From the IMG/VR virus record IMGVR_UViG_2896003607_000008, positions 2,752 to 66,751 of that record: a stretch of 64,000 bases of DNA; one strand, 5' to 3'. Source of the stretch: a virus (Duplodnaviria > Caudoviricetes). Made by a program: the position numbers and the translations under genes. Shown piece after piece: positions 8,015 through 17,446 of the stretch; the first letter of the stretch is position 1, and every line of letters starts with the position of its first letter. The notes below the pieces were generated by a model. The model was not told the origin of the DNA. It worked only from the letters and a program-made list of their open reading frames with translations, and did not search any database.

Positions 8015-9617
8015 CTCCCTGCACCTTGACGGCCGCGCTGAGCACCTTGGCGAGCTCCTGCTCGCGCCGATCCACCACGGCCTCGATATCGTTCGCGGCG
8101 ATCAGCTCGTCGCGCTGAAACGCGCAGTATCGGCGCGCCTTTGTCCTGTCGAAGCCGAGCGTCTCCATGACGAAGCTAACGTGGCCGCCGTAGAATGCGG
8201 CCACCCACTCCCGGAATTCGTCCGGCTTTGCCGCCAGGCGCATCAGCGCCTTGCGAACCGCCTTATTTTCCTTCTGCGCCACCCGCAGAGCGCCGCCATC
8301 GATCCGCTGATCCTCGATCGCCTTCGGCGGCTCAGGTTCGACCAGTGCGGAATTCGCAGGCGGATCTGATGGAGGCTGCGTGTTGTCGGAGCGCTGCGCC
8401 ATCGATCCCTGCGGCAGCACATCAGCCCACGGCTCCGGACGGCGGTTCCAGCCCTCGATGAGGCGAACCTCGTTCTGTGTCAGCCAGGCCGGAGCGCCGC
8501 CGGCGCCGAGAGCCTTGGAGAAGTATTCAGCCCGCGCGGTCAGGTTGCCGCGCTCCAGGGCATCGAGGTTGAACTTCGCTTCGTACAGGTTCGTCGCGGT
8601 GATCAGGTCGCGCCTGATGGCTTGCTCAATTCTGCGCGCCCACGGCCGGATCGTGTACTTGACGAAGTTGATCGACTGCTCTTCCACCGTCGACCGATTG
8701 GTTTGGTCGTCGATACCGAGCATGTGCAGCGGAATCCGCCAGAACCGCGCAACTTCGGCGATCTGCCACTTCCGCGCCTCAAGCAGCTGGGCTTCGCTGG
8801 CGTCCATCGACGCCTTTTCGAACTTGATGCCGTCCTGCAACAGCATCGGCCGGCCGGAGTTGTTGCCGCCGGCGTAGAGCTCCATCAGCTTTGAGATCAG
8901 GCGACGCTGCGCCTGGACCGACATGCGCTTTTGCGCGGAGAGAAAGCCGCCGATGTTCAGGCTGTTCGAAAATACCCGCGACGCGTACTCGTCGGCCGAC
9001 ATGCCGAGGCCGATCGCATCCGCGGCGAGGTCGACAGCTCGCAACCCGTTGACGCCGTCGCTCGAAAGACCCGGGATCCGGAAGACCTCTTCCTGCAGCA
9101 GCACTCGCGTCCGTCCGGTGAACGGATCGGTTACCCGAAACCTCAGAGTTCCGTCTGGCAGAAGCTCCTGTACGACGCGATCTGCATGCAGCGATCGCAG
9201 CTGGTCGACAGCCCCTCGCGGACCTGAGACGATCTCCGCATACCCAGTGCCGCGCAGAGCGGCATGCAGGATCGTGGTCTCCCAGAACTCGACCGCCGTC
9301 TGAATCTTGTTCGGCTGGTATCGGATCAGATCACCAACCGGATGATCGTTCGCCGGCTCGAGGCTTCCGTCCGGCAGCTTCCGGTAGACCTGCAACGGCA
9401 GGCTTCCCATCGTCTCTGCCAAGACCTTGATGCAGGCGAAGACCGCCGACGCCTTCAAGGCGAGATCTGCGGTCACCCTCTTTCCGGATGGCGTCTTCCG
9501 GCCGGGCGCGGCGAACCAGAAGTCGGCGTCGTCGCCGTAACGCTCCTGATCTTCCGAGTCGTCGGCCCTCCGCCCCAGCGACCAGATCGCCGCGACGGTG
9601 TTATTGATCCAACCCAT
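7980..9617 (-). CDS. Portal protein, HK97 family
   Basis: SAVFACIKVLAETMGSLPL, QPNKIQT, QLLEARKWQIAEVARFWRIP, NEVRLIEG motifs. Confidence 0.95.
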   Translation of the reverse strand: MGWINNTVAAIWSLGRRADDSEDQERYGDDADFWFAAPGRKTPSGKRVTADLALKASAVFACIKVLAETMGSLPLQVYRKLPDGSLEPANDHPVGDLIRYQPNKIQTAVEFWETTILHAALRGTGYAEIVSGPRGAVDQLRSLHADRVVQELLPDGTLRFRVTDPFTGRTRVLLQEEVFRIPGLSSDGVNGLRAVDLAADAIGLGMSADEYASRVFSNSLNIGGFLSAQKRMSVQAQRRLISKLMELYAGGNNSGRPMLLQDGIKFEKASMDASEAQLLEARKWQIAEVARFWRIPLHMLGIDDQTNRSTVEEQSINFVKYTIRPWARRIEQAIRRDLITATNLYEAKFNLDALERGNLTARAEYFSKALGAGGAPAWLTQNEVRLIEGWNRRPEPWADVLPQGSMAQRSDNTQPPSDPPANSALVEPEPPKAIEDQRIDGGALRVAQKENKAVRKALMRLAAKPDEFREWVAAFYGGHVSFVMETLGFDRTKARRYCAFQRDELIAANDIEAVVDRREQELAKVLSAAVKVQGVADGRNAAVQA

Positions 9618-9756
9618 TGGCTGACCGTCCTGATGATCATGCGTGCGTCGGCGGTCGGCCTCCGCGGGGCCGCGGGCGTCACACCAGAACGTCTACGAGG
9701 AGCCGATTACTTCCGCGGGTGCGCCGGCCACATCATTCGGCCGGCCGCGCATGGCA

Positions 9757-10095
9757 TCAACCGCGAAGGCGCTTGCGCGATGCCACCACCGTGTTCACGC
9801 TGCGCGCCATGGAGGCGGCAAACTCTGCGGCATCCTTCGGCGCGTTCGCGACGAACGCTTCGTGCAGAAACACCGGAACGCGAACACCAACAAGAGCATC
9901 AGCGATCTGCTCACGGCTCACGCCGACGATCACTTTCGTCTTGCCGGTCACTTCTGAACCGAACTCATCGTTGATCTCGCGCCGAACGTGAGACCGGATT
10001 TCGGGGCTCGAAACAATCACTATCGCCCCATCGGCCGGCAGACGATCAAGTGCGAACAACTCTCGCTCGGCGAGCTCGGGCATAACTAACTCCAC
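9757..10095 (-). CDS. Hypothetical protein between terL and portal
   Basis: 112 aa ORF starting 1 nt after the terL stop. Confidence 0.5.
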   Translation of the reverse strand: MELVMPELAERELFALDRLPADGAIVIVSSPEIRSHVRREINDEFGSEVTGKTKVIVGVSREQIADALVGVRVPVFLHEAFVANAPKDAAEFAASMARSVNTVVASRKRLRG

Positions 10096-10096
10096 T

Positions 10097-11824
10097 TCAA
10101 ACCAGAACGTCTTCGTCTTCGTACGCGGATCCGGCCGGCTGCGGGTTGAGCGCCATGAGCGACACCGCGTTGAAAACCGCCATCAACGGGTCGATCTTCG
10201 CCGACCCGCTGGCGGCTTTGTTGATTGCCGTCGCGTTTCCCTTGGCTTCGGCCTTGGCGTTGCCAACACACCATCTCATCAACTCGGAGTGCTCGTGGAC
10301 CAGCATGTTTCCAGCGACACGGCGCTCTGTAGTCTTGATAGCTCCGTTCAGCTTCCAGCCTTGCGAGATACCAACGATCCGGCTGGCATTGATCCCGCGT
10401 TCTTCCGAAGTAAGCTCGTCGACGATATCGCCAATTCCGACGCTATCTACCGCGATGGCATGCTCATCCGCGAGAAGCCCCTCTTCCTCGACCTGCATGA
10501 CGATATCGGCAACCGCGGCGACGTCGTCGCCAGGCACTTTGACAATCGTGAGTGTCTCTTCCTGCTCGAACTTCTTCAGATCGCTGACGATCTTCTTTCG
10601 CCGTTCAAGCACAATCTCGTGCGCCCATGCGCGGCACCACAGCAGCCATCTACCGGTCTTGCGTTCGCGCCCGAGCACAGCAAGACCGAGAAGATCGTCC
10701 AGTCCGCCGCCGTCGATTCCGATGACGACGACTTCGCTACGACGGAGCAAATCGCCGAGGCTAAGCACCCTTCCCTTCCCAAGATCCCAGAAATCTGCGC
10801 CGGCCCAGCGGTCAGCGCGCAGTTTCGTTCCGATCTGGACATTGAGGTGTTTCGCTAGAAAGACGTTGAGCCCTGACTTATCACCACGCTTTGCCTCAGC
10901 AAGCTTATCGGCGATCCAACTCGAGAAGACTGAGATATCGAGGTTCGGATTAGTAACGTAGAAATACGCCGGATCGAGATATGCCTCTGCGTCAAGCAGT
11001 TCCTGCGGATACTCGTAGAGCATCCCGAACTTCTTCGGGTCGACGATTTTGCCGTCGCGAATGTCGCGATACAGGTTCAGCTTCTCAAGAAAGATCCCTG
11101 TCGGTGCTTCGTCGGAATGTGTCGATAGGTAGATGACGAAGCCTTCTGGGCGCGAGACCAGACCTCCTGTCGCTTCGCGAAACATCGCCTCCGCGTTGGG
11201 TTGTCTCCCGAACAGCCAGAGCTCGTCGATCAGAACGAATGATGCTTTTTTGCCACCTACCGTTTTTGCGTCAGCAGAGACAACTCGGAGCACCGCGTTC
11301 GTGATCCGGTGCGTAATCTGCCGTAAGTTCTCCTGAACGTGGAGAAGATCGATCAGCTCCGGGTCGCGATAGACCATATCGCGCGCAGGGTCGAACGAGT
11401 TCTTCGCGATCTCGATCGTTGGCGCCAAGATCAGCAGTTGGGCAGACGGCCGCCAGTTGCGGATCAGCGCTGTGATCATGATGCCGGCGGCGATGGTCGA
11501 CTTGCCGTTCTTCTTGCTGATCAGCAGGAAGAACTCGTCGATCAGCCGCTTCGCCGTCGAGTGGTCGTACGCGCCGAAGATGGCGAGCACAAAATCGAAG
11601 ACCCATTGCTCGCCGGCCTCGCCGAACGTCGGCGGCCGCATCTCGCCGGTGACGGGATCCTCGATCGGCGTCGCGTCCACGATATGGAGCGACTTGAAGA
11701 CCTCGAGCGCCGCGTACGCTTCGTCGGGGAACAGCGGCTGGAAGGGGACCAGGCTTTCCCGATTAACGATCCTGCGTTCCCAATCCGGGCACGCGGTCGA
11801 CCAGATCCGGGCCGCTCCAGCCAT
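10097..11824 (-). CDS. terL: Terminase large subunit
   Basis: ISKKNGKST Walker A, VLIDELW Walker B, GIDGGGLDDL nuclease motif, KIDPLMA. Confidence 0.95.
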   Translation of the reverse strand: MAGAARIWSTACPDWERRIVNRESLVPFQPLFPDEAYAALEVFKSLHIVDATPIEDPVTGEMRPPTFGEAGEQWVFDFVLAIFGAYDHSTAKRLIDEFFLLISKKNGKSTIAAGIMITALIRNWRPSAQLLILAPTIEIAKNSFDPARDMVYRDPELIDLLHVQENLRQITHRITNAVLRVVSADAKTVGGKKASFVLIDELWLFGRQPNAEAMFREATGGLVSRPEGFVIYLSTHSDEAPTGIFLEKLNLYRDIRDGKIVDPKKFGMLYEYPQELLDAEAYLDPAYFYVTNPNLDISVFSSWIADKLAEAKRGDKSGLNVFLAKHLNVQIGTKLRADRWAGADFWDLGKGRVLSLGDLLRRSEVVVIGIDGGGLDDLLGLAVLGRERKTGRWLLWCRAWAHEIVLERRKKIVSDLKKFEQEETLTIVKVPGDDVAAVADIVMQVEEEGLLADEHAIAVDSVGIGDIVDELTSEERGINASRIVGISQGWKLNGAIKTTERRVAGNMLVHEHSELMRWCVGNAKAEAKGNATAINKAASGSAKIDPLMAVFNAVSLMALNPQPAGSAYEDEDVLV

Positions 11825-12384
11825 CAGGCCTTGCTGCCATTGTTCACGACCAGCTTCGGCGGCTCAGGCGCCTTGAACTTGCCGCCAACGTTCTCTGCCG
11901 CGGCCTGACGCTCCTCCTTCTTGCCGAGCTTCGGCGGCTTCGGCGGCGACTGCGGCTGCGCCTTGCCGCGATCGCCGACAGCGGCCGCCGCGCGCGACAC
12001 CTTTCCGATTTCGTCCAGCCGCTTGATCGCCCATCCGGCGCCTTTGCTGGCCTGCTCGAACATCAGCCTCGTCACCTCGCGGCGCCGATTGGCGTAGCCG
12101 TTCTCGAGCTCATACGCGCAGTGCTTGCGCAGCGTATCGACATCGACTTTCAACGACCGCGCGATCATCGCATCGGATTCACCGGCGTACTTCAGCTGCT
12201 CGACGGTCATCCGGTCCTCGACCGAGGGCTGCCAGGGCGGTCGGCCCGGGGAAGTTTTGCGCGCCGCCTTCTTCGCTGGCCGTGACGATTTTTTCGGCTT
12301 CACCTTCCGAGCGGGTTTGGCATTGCGCTCAGAAGTTTCGCCCATTTTTTCGGCAGAACCGACATCGTCGGTATTTTCGGTCAT
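11824..12384 (-). CDS. terS: Terminase small subunit
   Basis: GRPP followed by HTH (IARSLKVDVDTLRKH), LGKKE C-terminal motif, coupled to terL. Confidence 0.85.
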   Translation of the reverse strand: MTENTDDVGSAEKMGETSERNAKPARKVKPKKSSRPAKKAARKTSPGRPPWQPSVEDRMTVEQLKYAGESDAMIARSLKVDVDTLRKHCAYELENGYANRRREVTRLMFEQASKGAGWAIKRLDEIGKVSRAAAAVGDRGKAQPQSPPKPPKLGKKEERQAAAENVGGKFKAPEPPKLVVNNGSKA

Positions 12385-12414
12385 TTTCTGCTCACGGCCC
12401 CAAAATTCCGGCCG

Positions 12415-12660
12415 CCCCAAAAAAATCGTGCGCGTGAGACCCCGAGCGGTGGCGGCCCGTCGGTTCGTCGGGAAGTTGCCCCCGGGGGGTGCGGTACCGG
12501 AATGCGTCCGAGAGCGACCGCGCCGAAGGGTTTGCGGCCTGGCTGCATCGAAGGCTTCGAGGCGCGTTGATCTGGCGCGGCGATGGCTGGCCGCGGTGGT
12601 GCGCGGCTTCCGGGGAAGCCCCCCGCAATGCCCGGGGATGCCCGGGCAACTTCCCTGCTC
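12415..12660. other. Candidate cos / packaging-initiation region
   Basis: Non-coding region upstream of terS with CCCCCGGGGGG, a T7 run on the minus strand and a 12-bp inverted repeat (12470-12481 / 12644-12655). Confidence 0.45.
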
Positions 12661-12977
12661 TGATCAGAGACCACGGGTTGCCCGTGGTGAGGGGTGGTGA
12701 CTGGTGGCGGCGTTCGGTGCGTCGCTTGGCGGCGCCGTGGCCATGGCCCGGAAACGCGAAACCCGCCGACGGGTTGAACCGCGGCGGGTTAGCGGTGGCG
12801 CAATCGCCGACCGTGCCGCTTGTGAATCACCGATTGAGTCGGCTGTCAAATCGCTCGGGGATCGCAAAGCGTTGACGGATGGTTGCCAAAGGCGGCCGCC
12901 GCTTGCCCGGTTTCACAATCCAGCGATACTCGTTCGGGACACTTCCACAAACCGAATATGCACAGCGCAGGGGAAGC

Positions 12978-13247
12978 ATGGCCGCGAAGAAAGAAACAGC
13001 GATGACTGCAGAGGCCTTCCGAGACTGGCAGGAGGGCTTACGCATTCCGAATCACATGGCCGCAAGGCAACTCGGTGTCTCAACGAACGGCCCGACCAAC
13101 TACCGCCAGAACGGCGCCGGGCGGACCGTTGCTCTCGCCTGCTCCGCGATCGAAGTCGGGCTTGATCCTTGGACGCCAGAGGGGCGCGCCGAAATGCGGG
13201 CGCTACGCCATGTTTTGGAGGCAATCCGGGCGGTGGCCCACAAATGA
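12978..13247 (+). CDS. Small XRE-like HTH protein
   Basis: MTAEAFRDWQ...AARQLGVS...NYRQNG...VALACSA pattern; GGGGA RBS. Confidence 0.7.
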   Translation: MAAKKETAMTAEAFRDWQEGLRIPNHMAARQLGVSTNGPTNYRQNGAGRTVALACSAIEVGLDPWTPEGRAEMRALRHVLEAIRAVAHK

Positions 13248-13279
13248 CACCACTGCAGAACTAACTTTATGGCAGCGCC

Positions 13280-13330
13280 AGCCGCTTCCCGATCCGGGAA
13301 GCGGCGGTAAATCTCAATGAGGTTGGTCAT
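13280..13330 (-). pseudogene. Possible N-terminal stub of an IS1595-family transposase
   Basis: MTNLIEIYRRFPDREAA resembles IS1595 transposase N-termini, but similarity stops before the Zn ribbon. Confidence 0.35.
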
Positions 13331-13333
13331 GGA

Positions 13334-13600
13334 TTACTTGATCGCGATGTAGCGACCATCGACGGTCGGTAGGTAGCTCGTGTCGCCGTTGCGGTCGGCG
13401 AGCTTAAGGGCCTGCGCCTTGGTCAAGGGCTTAACCGCAAGGTTGATTTCGGAATTTTCCGCCACGTATGCGTCCCGCGCCGCGCGGCTCTCGAAAACAA
13501 TCGCCGAAAAGGTGTTGTCGAAGCCGACCGACGTATCGCTGCCATAGGAATTGGTGCGGGCGAAAAACTGCGTCTGCTGGCGGTTCGGGTGGTTGGTCAT
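13334..13600 (-). CDS. Hypothetical protein (MTNHPNR..., 88 aa)
   Basis: GGAGA RBS before the internal ATG; protein-like composition. Confidence 0.7.
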   Translation of the reverse strand: MTNHPNRQQTQFFARTNSYGSDTSVGFDNTFSAIVFESRAARDAYVAENSEINLAVKPLTKAQALKLADRNGDTSYLPTVDGRYIAIK

Positions 13601-13759
13601 TTTCGGTCTCCGCCCCTGATCCCCGAGGCGCGGGCGCCAGCCCTTGCTGACAATCACAACCCTAACAGCTAGCCATATGGGCGCCAAGCCTAAAAGCGTG
13701 CGCCGCCGACCTGATTTGTGATATTTTCGGCGTTTTCTGATTTATTTTGTGTTTTCCGC

Positions 13760-13787
13760 TTGACGCCGCGCCCGGCTTCTGTATGGT
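13760..13787 (+). promoter_or_regulatory. Sigma70-like promoter heading the accessory cluster
   Basis: TTGACG-N16-TATGGT with AT-rich upstream tract; predicted start ~13793-13794. Confidence 0.65.
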
Positions 13788-13832
13788 GCGGACACCGGCC
13801 GAATGTGGCCACCGAATGAGGACCCGGACAAA

Positions 13833-13973
13833 ATGTCCGCAATTCTTTCCCTCTGCATTGAACAGCCGATCCTGCCGGCCACCGTCCTAAGCATGGCCGT
13901 TGGCGTCCTGATTATGTGGTTGGAAGCGCCGGCCACGCCGCGGCGCCACCGTCGGAAGGTCCGCCGCACCTAA
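13833..13973 (+). CDS. 46-aa membrane microprotein with basic tail
   Basis: Manual translation MSAILSLCIEQPILPATVLSMAVGVLIMWLEAPATPRRHRRKVRRT; behind leader repeat 1. Confidence 0.6.
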   Translation: MSAILSLCIEQPILPATVLSMAVGVLIMWLEAPATPRRHRRKVRRT

Positions 13974-14015
13974 CTCCCCGCAACCGGTCAACTGTGACCA
14001 CCGAACGAGGACAAC

Positions 14016-14228
14016 ATGCACAGCAACACAATCAAAGGTCTCATGCTAGACGCCGCTGCGGCGCTGACCTCCGGCCACGCCGCGGCCGCGCATCGCCTGA
14101 TGTGCTCCGCCGACCGCCTGGCCGTAGCCGATCCGAGCATATCGGCCACGCGCCGCGACTTGATCGCTACCGCGCGCGTCGCCGTTGCCTCTGTGATGAA
14201 CTCGAGCCGTTACCATGAACTCGCATAA
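14016..14228 (+). CDS. Hypothetical protein (70 aa)
   Basis: Behind leader repeat 2 with GAGGA RBS. Confidence 0.7.
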   Translation: MHSNTIKGLMLDAAAALTSGHAAAAHRLMCSADRLAVADPSISATRRDLIATARVAVASVMNSSRYHELA

Positions 14229-14421
14229 GATCGCCAAGGGCGCGCCCGTCTCTTACAAATGCGGACACGGGGACCGAGTTAGCGCCATCGTCAAGCGCCG
14301 CCACCGTGACGGCACCGCGACAGTTGAAGCGCGCTTCGTGATGAACCAGGACGGCACGGAACGCGGTTGTTATCTCGGTTTCCGCTATCGGCTGAGCGTT
14401 TCAATTCTGGCAATGCGCTAA
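14215..14421 (+). CDS. Hypothetical protein (68 aa)
   Basis: Overlaps the previous stop; small beta-rich protein. Confidence 0.55.
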   Translation: MNSHKIAKGAPVSYKCGHGDRVSAIVKRRHRDGTATVEARFVMNQDGTERGCYLGFRYRLSVSILAMR

Positions 14422-14515
14422 CTATGAACGCTTCCGCCTTGCGCCGGTTTGGCCGGCGCAATGGGAAGCGCTCCTGCTTCAAACCGCCAACTGTGGCACC
14501 CAATGAGGACAGACT

Positions 14516-15379
14516 ATGCGAATTTACACCGCCACCGCTCGCTTTGACACCGGCCGCCCGCTGACGAATGAGGAACTGTTCAAGGTCGCGCCTTCAATCT
14601 TCGCGACCACGGCGCATCATTCGCGCTCCGATCGTTTCCAGCCGATCCCGACGATTGCCGTACTCGACCAGCTGCGAAAGGAAGGTTTCGAGCCGGTAGG
14701 CGCGAAGCAAGCGATGGCGCGCGAGGGTGACCGCCGCGACTATGCAAAACACCTGATCCGGCTTCGCCGCTTCGATAACGTCAAGGCGTATCAGGTTGGC
14801 GACACGATTTGCGAAATCCTTCTGAAGAACGCGAACGACGGCACGTCCGCTTATGATCTGCTGGCGGGTTTGTTCCGTATCCGGTGCATGAATTCGCTGG
14901 TTTCGCAGGAATCGACCATCGAAACCGTCAAGGTCCGCCATTCCGGTGACGTTGCGAGCAAAGTAATCGAGGGGACCTATTCCGTGCTGAGCGAAGCCCA
15001 GAAGTCGCTTGCCGCACCGGATCAGTGGTCGCGGATTACTTTGACCGAACGCGAACGGGAAGCGTTCGGCGCCTCGGCTCGGCTCCTGCGGTTCGGCGAT
15101 GCCGACGGCAACACTGACACGCCGATCACTCCCGCGCAGATGGTCCGACCGCGCCGCCGCGACGATATGGCGAATGATCTCTGGACGACGTTTAACGTTG
15201 CACAGGAAAACGCAATTCGCGGCGGGCTCCGGGCAATTGGTCGGGATGCTAACAACCGTCCGCGTCGTGTCACCACCCGCGGCGTCAATGGCATCGATCA
15301 AGACGTCAAGTTGAACCGGGCGCTGTTCACCTTGGCGGCCGAAATGGCGAAGCTGAAAGGCGTCCCCCTCGCCGCCTGA
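14516..15379 (+). CDS. DUF932 (DUF945) family protein
   Basis: APSIFA..HHSRSDRFQPIPT, KHLIRLR, LKNANDGTSAY, FRIRCMNSLV, DLWTTFNVAQEN, DVKLNRALF motifs. Confidence 0.9.
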   Translation: MRIYTATARFDTGRPLTNEELFKVAPSIFATTAHHSRSDRFQPIPTIAVLDQLRKEGFEPVGAKQAMAREGDRRDYAKHLIRLRRFDNVKAYQVGDTICEILLKNANDGTSAYDLLAGLFRIRCMNSLVSQESTIETVKVRHSGDVASKVIEGTYSVLSEAQKSLAAPDQWSRITLTEREREAFGASARLLRFGDADGNTDTPITPAQMVRPRRRDDMANDLWTTFNVAQENAIRGGLRAIGRDANNRPRRVTTRGVNGIDQDVKLNRALFTLAAEMAKLKGVPLAA

Positions 15380-15519
15380 TCCGCGGCGGCGCGGCCGAGC
15401 TCTACCGGCGGCGCCGTCTCACCCTCGCGATTGCAGCCCATGCCGCGACGATGTGCGCGGCATGATCGGCAAGCGCCGAACCGGCCAAATGTGGCCACAA
15501 ACCTAGAGGAGCCCGGACA

Positions 15520-15618
15520 ATGTCGACGAAACGCATCCCGATCAAATTCGACCGCAAGCGTATCCGCCGCCAAGTCGAGCGCACCGGCAAACGAGCGTTT
15601 CTGAATTCGTGCCTTTGA
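15520..15618 (+). CDS. 32-aa Arg/Lys-rich microprotein
   Basis: Manual translation MSTKRIPIKFDRKRIRRQVERTGKRAFLNSCL; behind leader repeat 4. Confidence 0.6.
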   Translation: MSTKRIPIKFDRKRIRRQVERTGKRAFLNSCL

Positions 15619-15704
15619 CGTTTCGACACTGCGGCGCGCCGCAGCGCCGCAGCACGAAACGCCACCGCAACCGCGCAACTGTGCGCACCTTAGGAGGAGT
15701 CACC

Positions 15705-16880
15705 ATGCAACCCGTCAACCCGGCATCGGTCCGCGCGGCCAAGGCATCGGACCGCAAGGCGCTGGCGATCATCGCTTACGACACCGCGACCGCCGATCCG
15801 CAGAACGCGAATTGGCGCGCGGTCGCCGATATGCTGCGTCTCGCATTGCCGGCTTCCAGGACTGCTAAGACGGCGGCGCAGGCTGCCGAGCCGAGTCGCT
15901 TTGCGCCGTGGTCGGATTATTCCGTCAACTCGGTTTCATCCAAGCGCCTCGGGAAATCTCCCGTGGTGGTGGTGACATTCGCCGATGGCGAAACGGTCCG
16001 CGCGCCGGCGGTTTCGCTCTCGGGTAAACCGATCAATATCGGTCGAGCGCTCCGCGTCGCTTCGGCGTTCTATCAAGCCCGCATCGCTATCCGCTACGGA
16101 CGGACATCCGACGACTCGCAATGCGTCGACGTTCCCGCGATCGTTTCCGCGGTGTGCGAAACCACGGGCGCCGAATTCGATCCTGCAGAGTGTTCGGCGC
16201 GAACCGCAGAGCTCCGCCGCGGCGCGTTCAACGTCGCCGCAACGCTGGCGGAATTCGACGCCACCGCTGGCGATGGCGCCGACCACCTGCAACGCGAGGC
16301 GCACCTGCAAGCCGCTTACAGGACCGCGCTGCGAGCGCACCGCGCCGCCGGGCTCGGCGACATGGCGCCGACGGAATACACCGACGCGGACCGCGTTGAC
16401 GCCACCGAATGGCTGCAGGATCGGCCGGCAATGGTCGCGGCGATCAAGGCGGCGACGCGCGCCGGCCGCCGATCATTCACCGATGCGGCCATGCGGCTGA
16501 CCTGGGCCGTAATGACGTTCTGGCCGGGCGCGGCGGATTCCGAGCTCGGCGGCGCTGGCCACGGCGCGCCGGCCAGCGATGCGGCGGCGGCTGCCGAGAC
16601 GGAAAGCGCCGCCGTGGCGGATACGGCGCCGCCGGTGGCGCCGCTGGCTGCCGACATGGTTTCGCCCGCGGCTGCCGAGACCCGCGACCACGCGCCGCCG
16701 GAGACGGCTGCAGCAGTTGCCAAGACGGCGCGCAACGATGCCGAGCCGAGCCCAGCCGCACCGCGGGCCCGCGCGGCGCGGTTCAAGATCCCGCCGCGGC
16801 TTCTGGCGACGTCTTGGCTTGCTCCGGTTGACCGGTTGCGACCTTCGGCGCCGCCTTGCGTTCTGCGGGTTGCGGCATAG
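15705..16880 (+). CDS. Hypothetical protein with Ala/Pro-rich C-terminus
   Basis: Start behind leader repeat 5 (GGAGGA); 391 aa. Confidence 0.75.
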   Translation: MQPVNPASVRAAKASDRKALAIIAYDTATADPQNANWRAVADMLRLALPASRTAKTAAQAAEPSRFAPWSDYSVNSVSSKRLGKSPVVVVTFADGETVRAPAVSLSGKPINIGRALRVASAFYQARIAIRYGRTSDDSQCVDVPAIVSAVCETTGAEFDPAECSARTAELRRGAFNVAATLAEFDATAGDGADHLQREAHLQAAYRTALRAHRAAGLGDMAPTEYTDADRVDATEWLQDRPAMVAAIKAATRAGRRSFTDAAMRLTWAVMTFWPGAADSELGGAGHGAPASDAAAAAETESAAVADTAPPVAPLAADMVSPAAAETRDHAPPETAAAVAKTARNDAEPSPAAPRARAARFKIPPRLLATSWLAPVDRLRPSAPPCVLRVAA

Positions 16881-16892
16881 GAGCGGCGCGCC

Positions 16893-17252
16893 ATGAAACG
16901 CAACCCGCCGACCTTTGCCGAGCTCTGCGACGCGGTGGCACGCCGCGCGCCGCCGACCACGCAAACCGAATGGCGCGCCGCTTCACGCGCTATCCGAGAG
17001 GCGCGCCGCGCATCTGGCGGGCGCGTCGGCCGAACTATCATCCTCCCGTGCGGGACGTCGCACCGGTACATCTACGCCGAAGCTTCGTTCGGCGGGATGC
17101 GCTGCTACAACGGGCCCGGCCACCTTGCCGCGGTCGACATGATCGCGCACCACCGCCGCCGCCTGCAGGAAGGCTGCCGAGCCAGCCGGGTTGAATTCGC
17201 CCGACAGTTTGCCGCAGCTGCGCGGCGAGATGGCAGGGTGCCGCTACCATGA
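16893..17252 (+). CDS. Hypothetical protein (119 aa)
   Basis: AGGAG RBS; follows previous gene. Confidence 0.6.
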   Translation: MKRNPPTFAELCDAVARRAPPTTQTEWRAASRAIREARRASGGRVGRTIILPCGTSHRYIYAEASFGGMRCYNGPGHLAAVDMIAHHRRRLQEGCRASRVEFARQFAAAARRDGRVPLP

Positions 17253-17359
17253 AGCAGCGCCGCCAAGCGGTCCGCAAATCGCGCTGCCCGCACTGCCGGC
17301 AACTGCGGCCGTTCTACATGATCGAACGCCACATCACGCAATGCGAGGAGCTGCGCTAA
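17249..17359 (+). CDS. 36-aa C2HC zinc-finger microprotein
   Basis: ATGA overlap; MKQRRQAVRKSRCPHCRQLRPFYMIERHITQCEELR. Confidence 0.5.
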   Translation: MKQRRQAVRKSRCPHCRQLRPFYMIERHITQCEELR

Positions 17360-17446
17360 CCCCCTCGGCTACGGCCGATTCCCCCTCCCGGCTACGTCTG
17401 ATTTTTGAACCGCGCGACTGTGCGCACAATCGAGGAGACCGAGCAG

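Noticed and set aside
9722-9746. Minus-strand CGGCC-GAATGATGT-GGCCG resembling leader repeat A
   Set aside because: 9-nt loop, no AACC/AC flanks and no RBS-ATG at the conserved distance; likely chance
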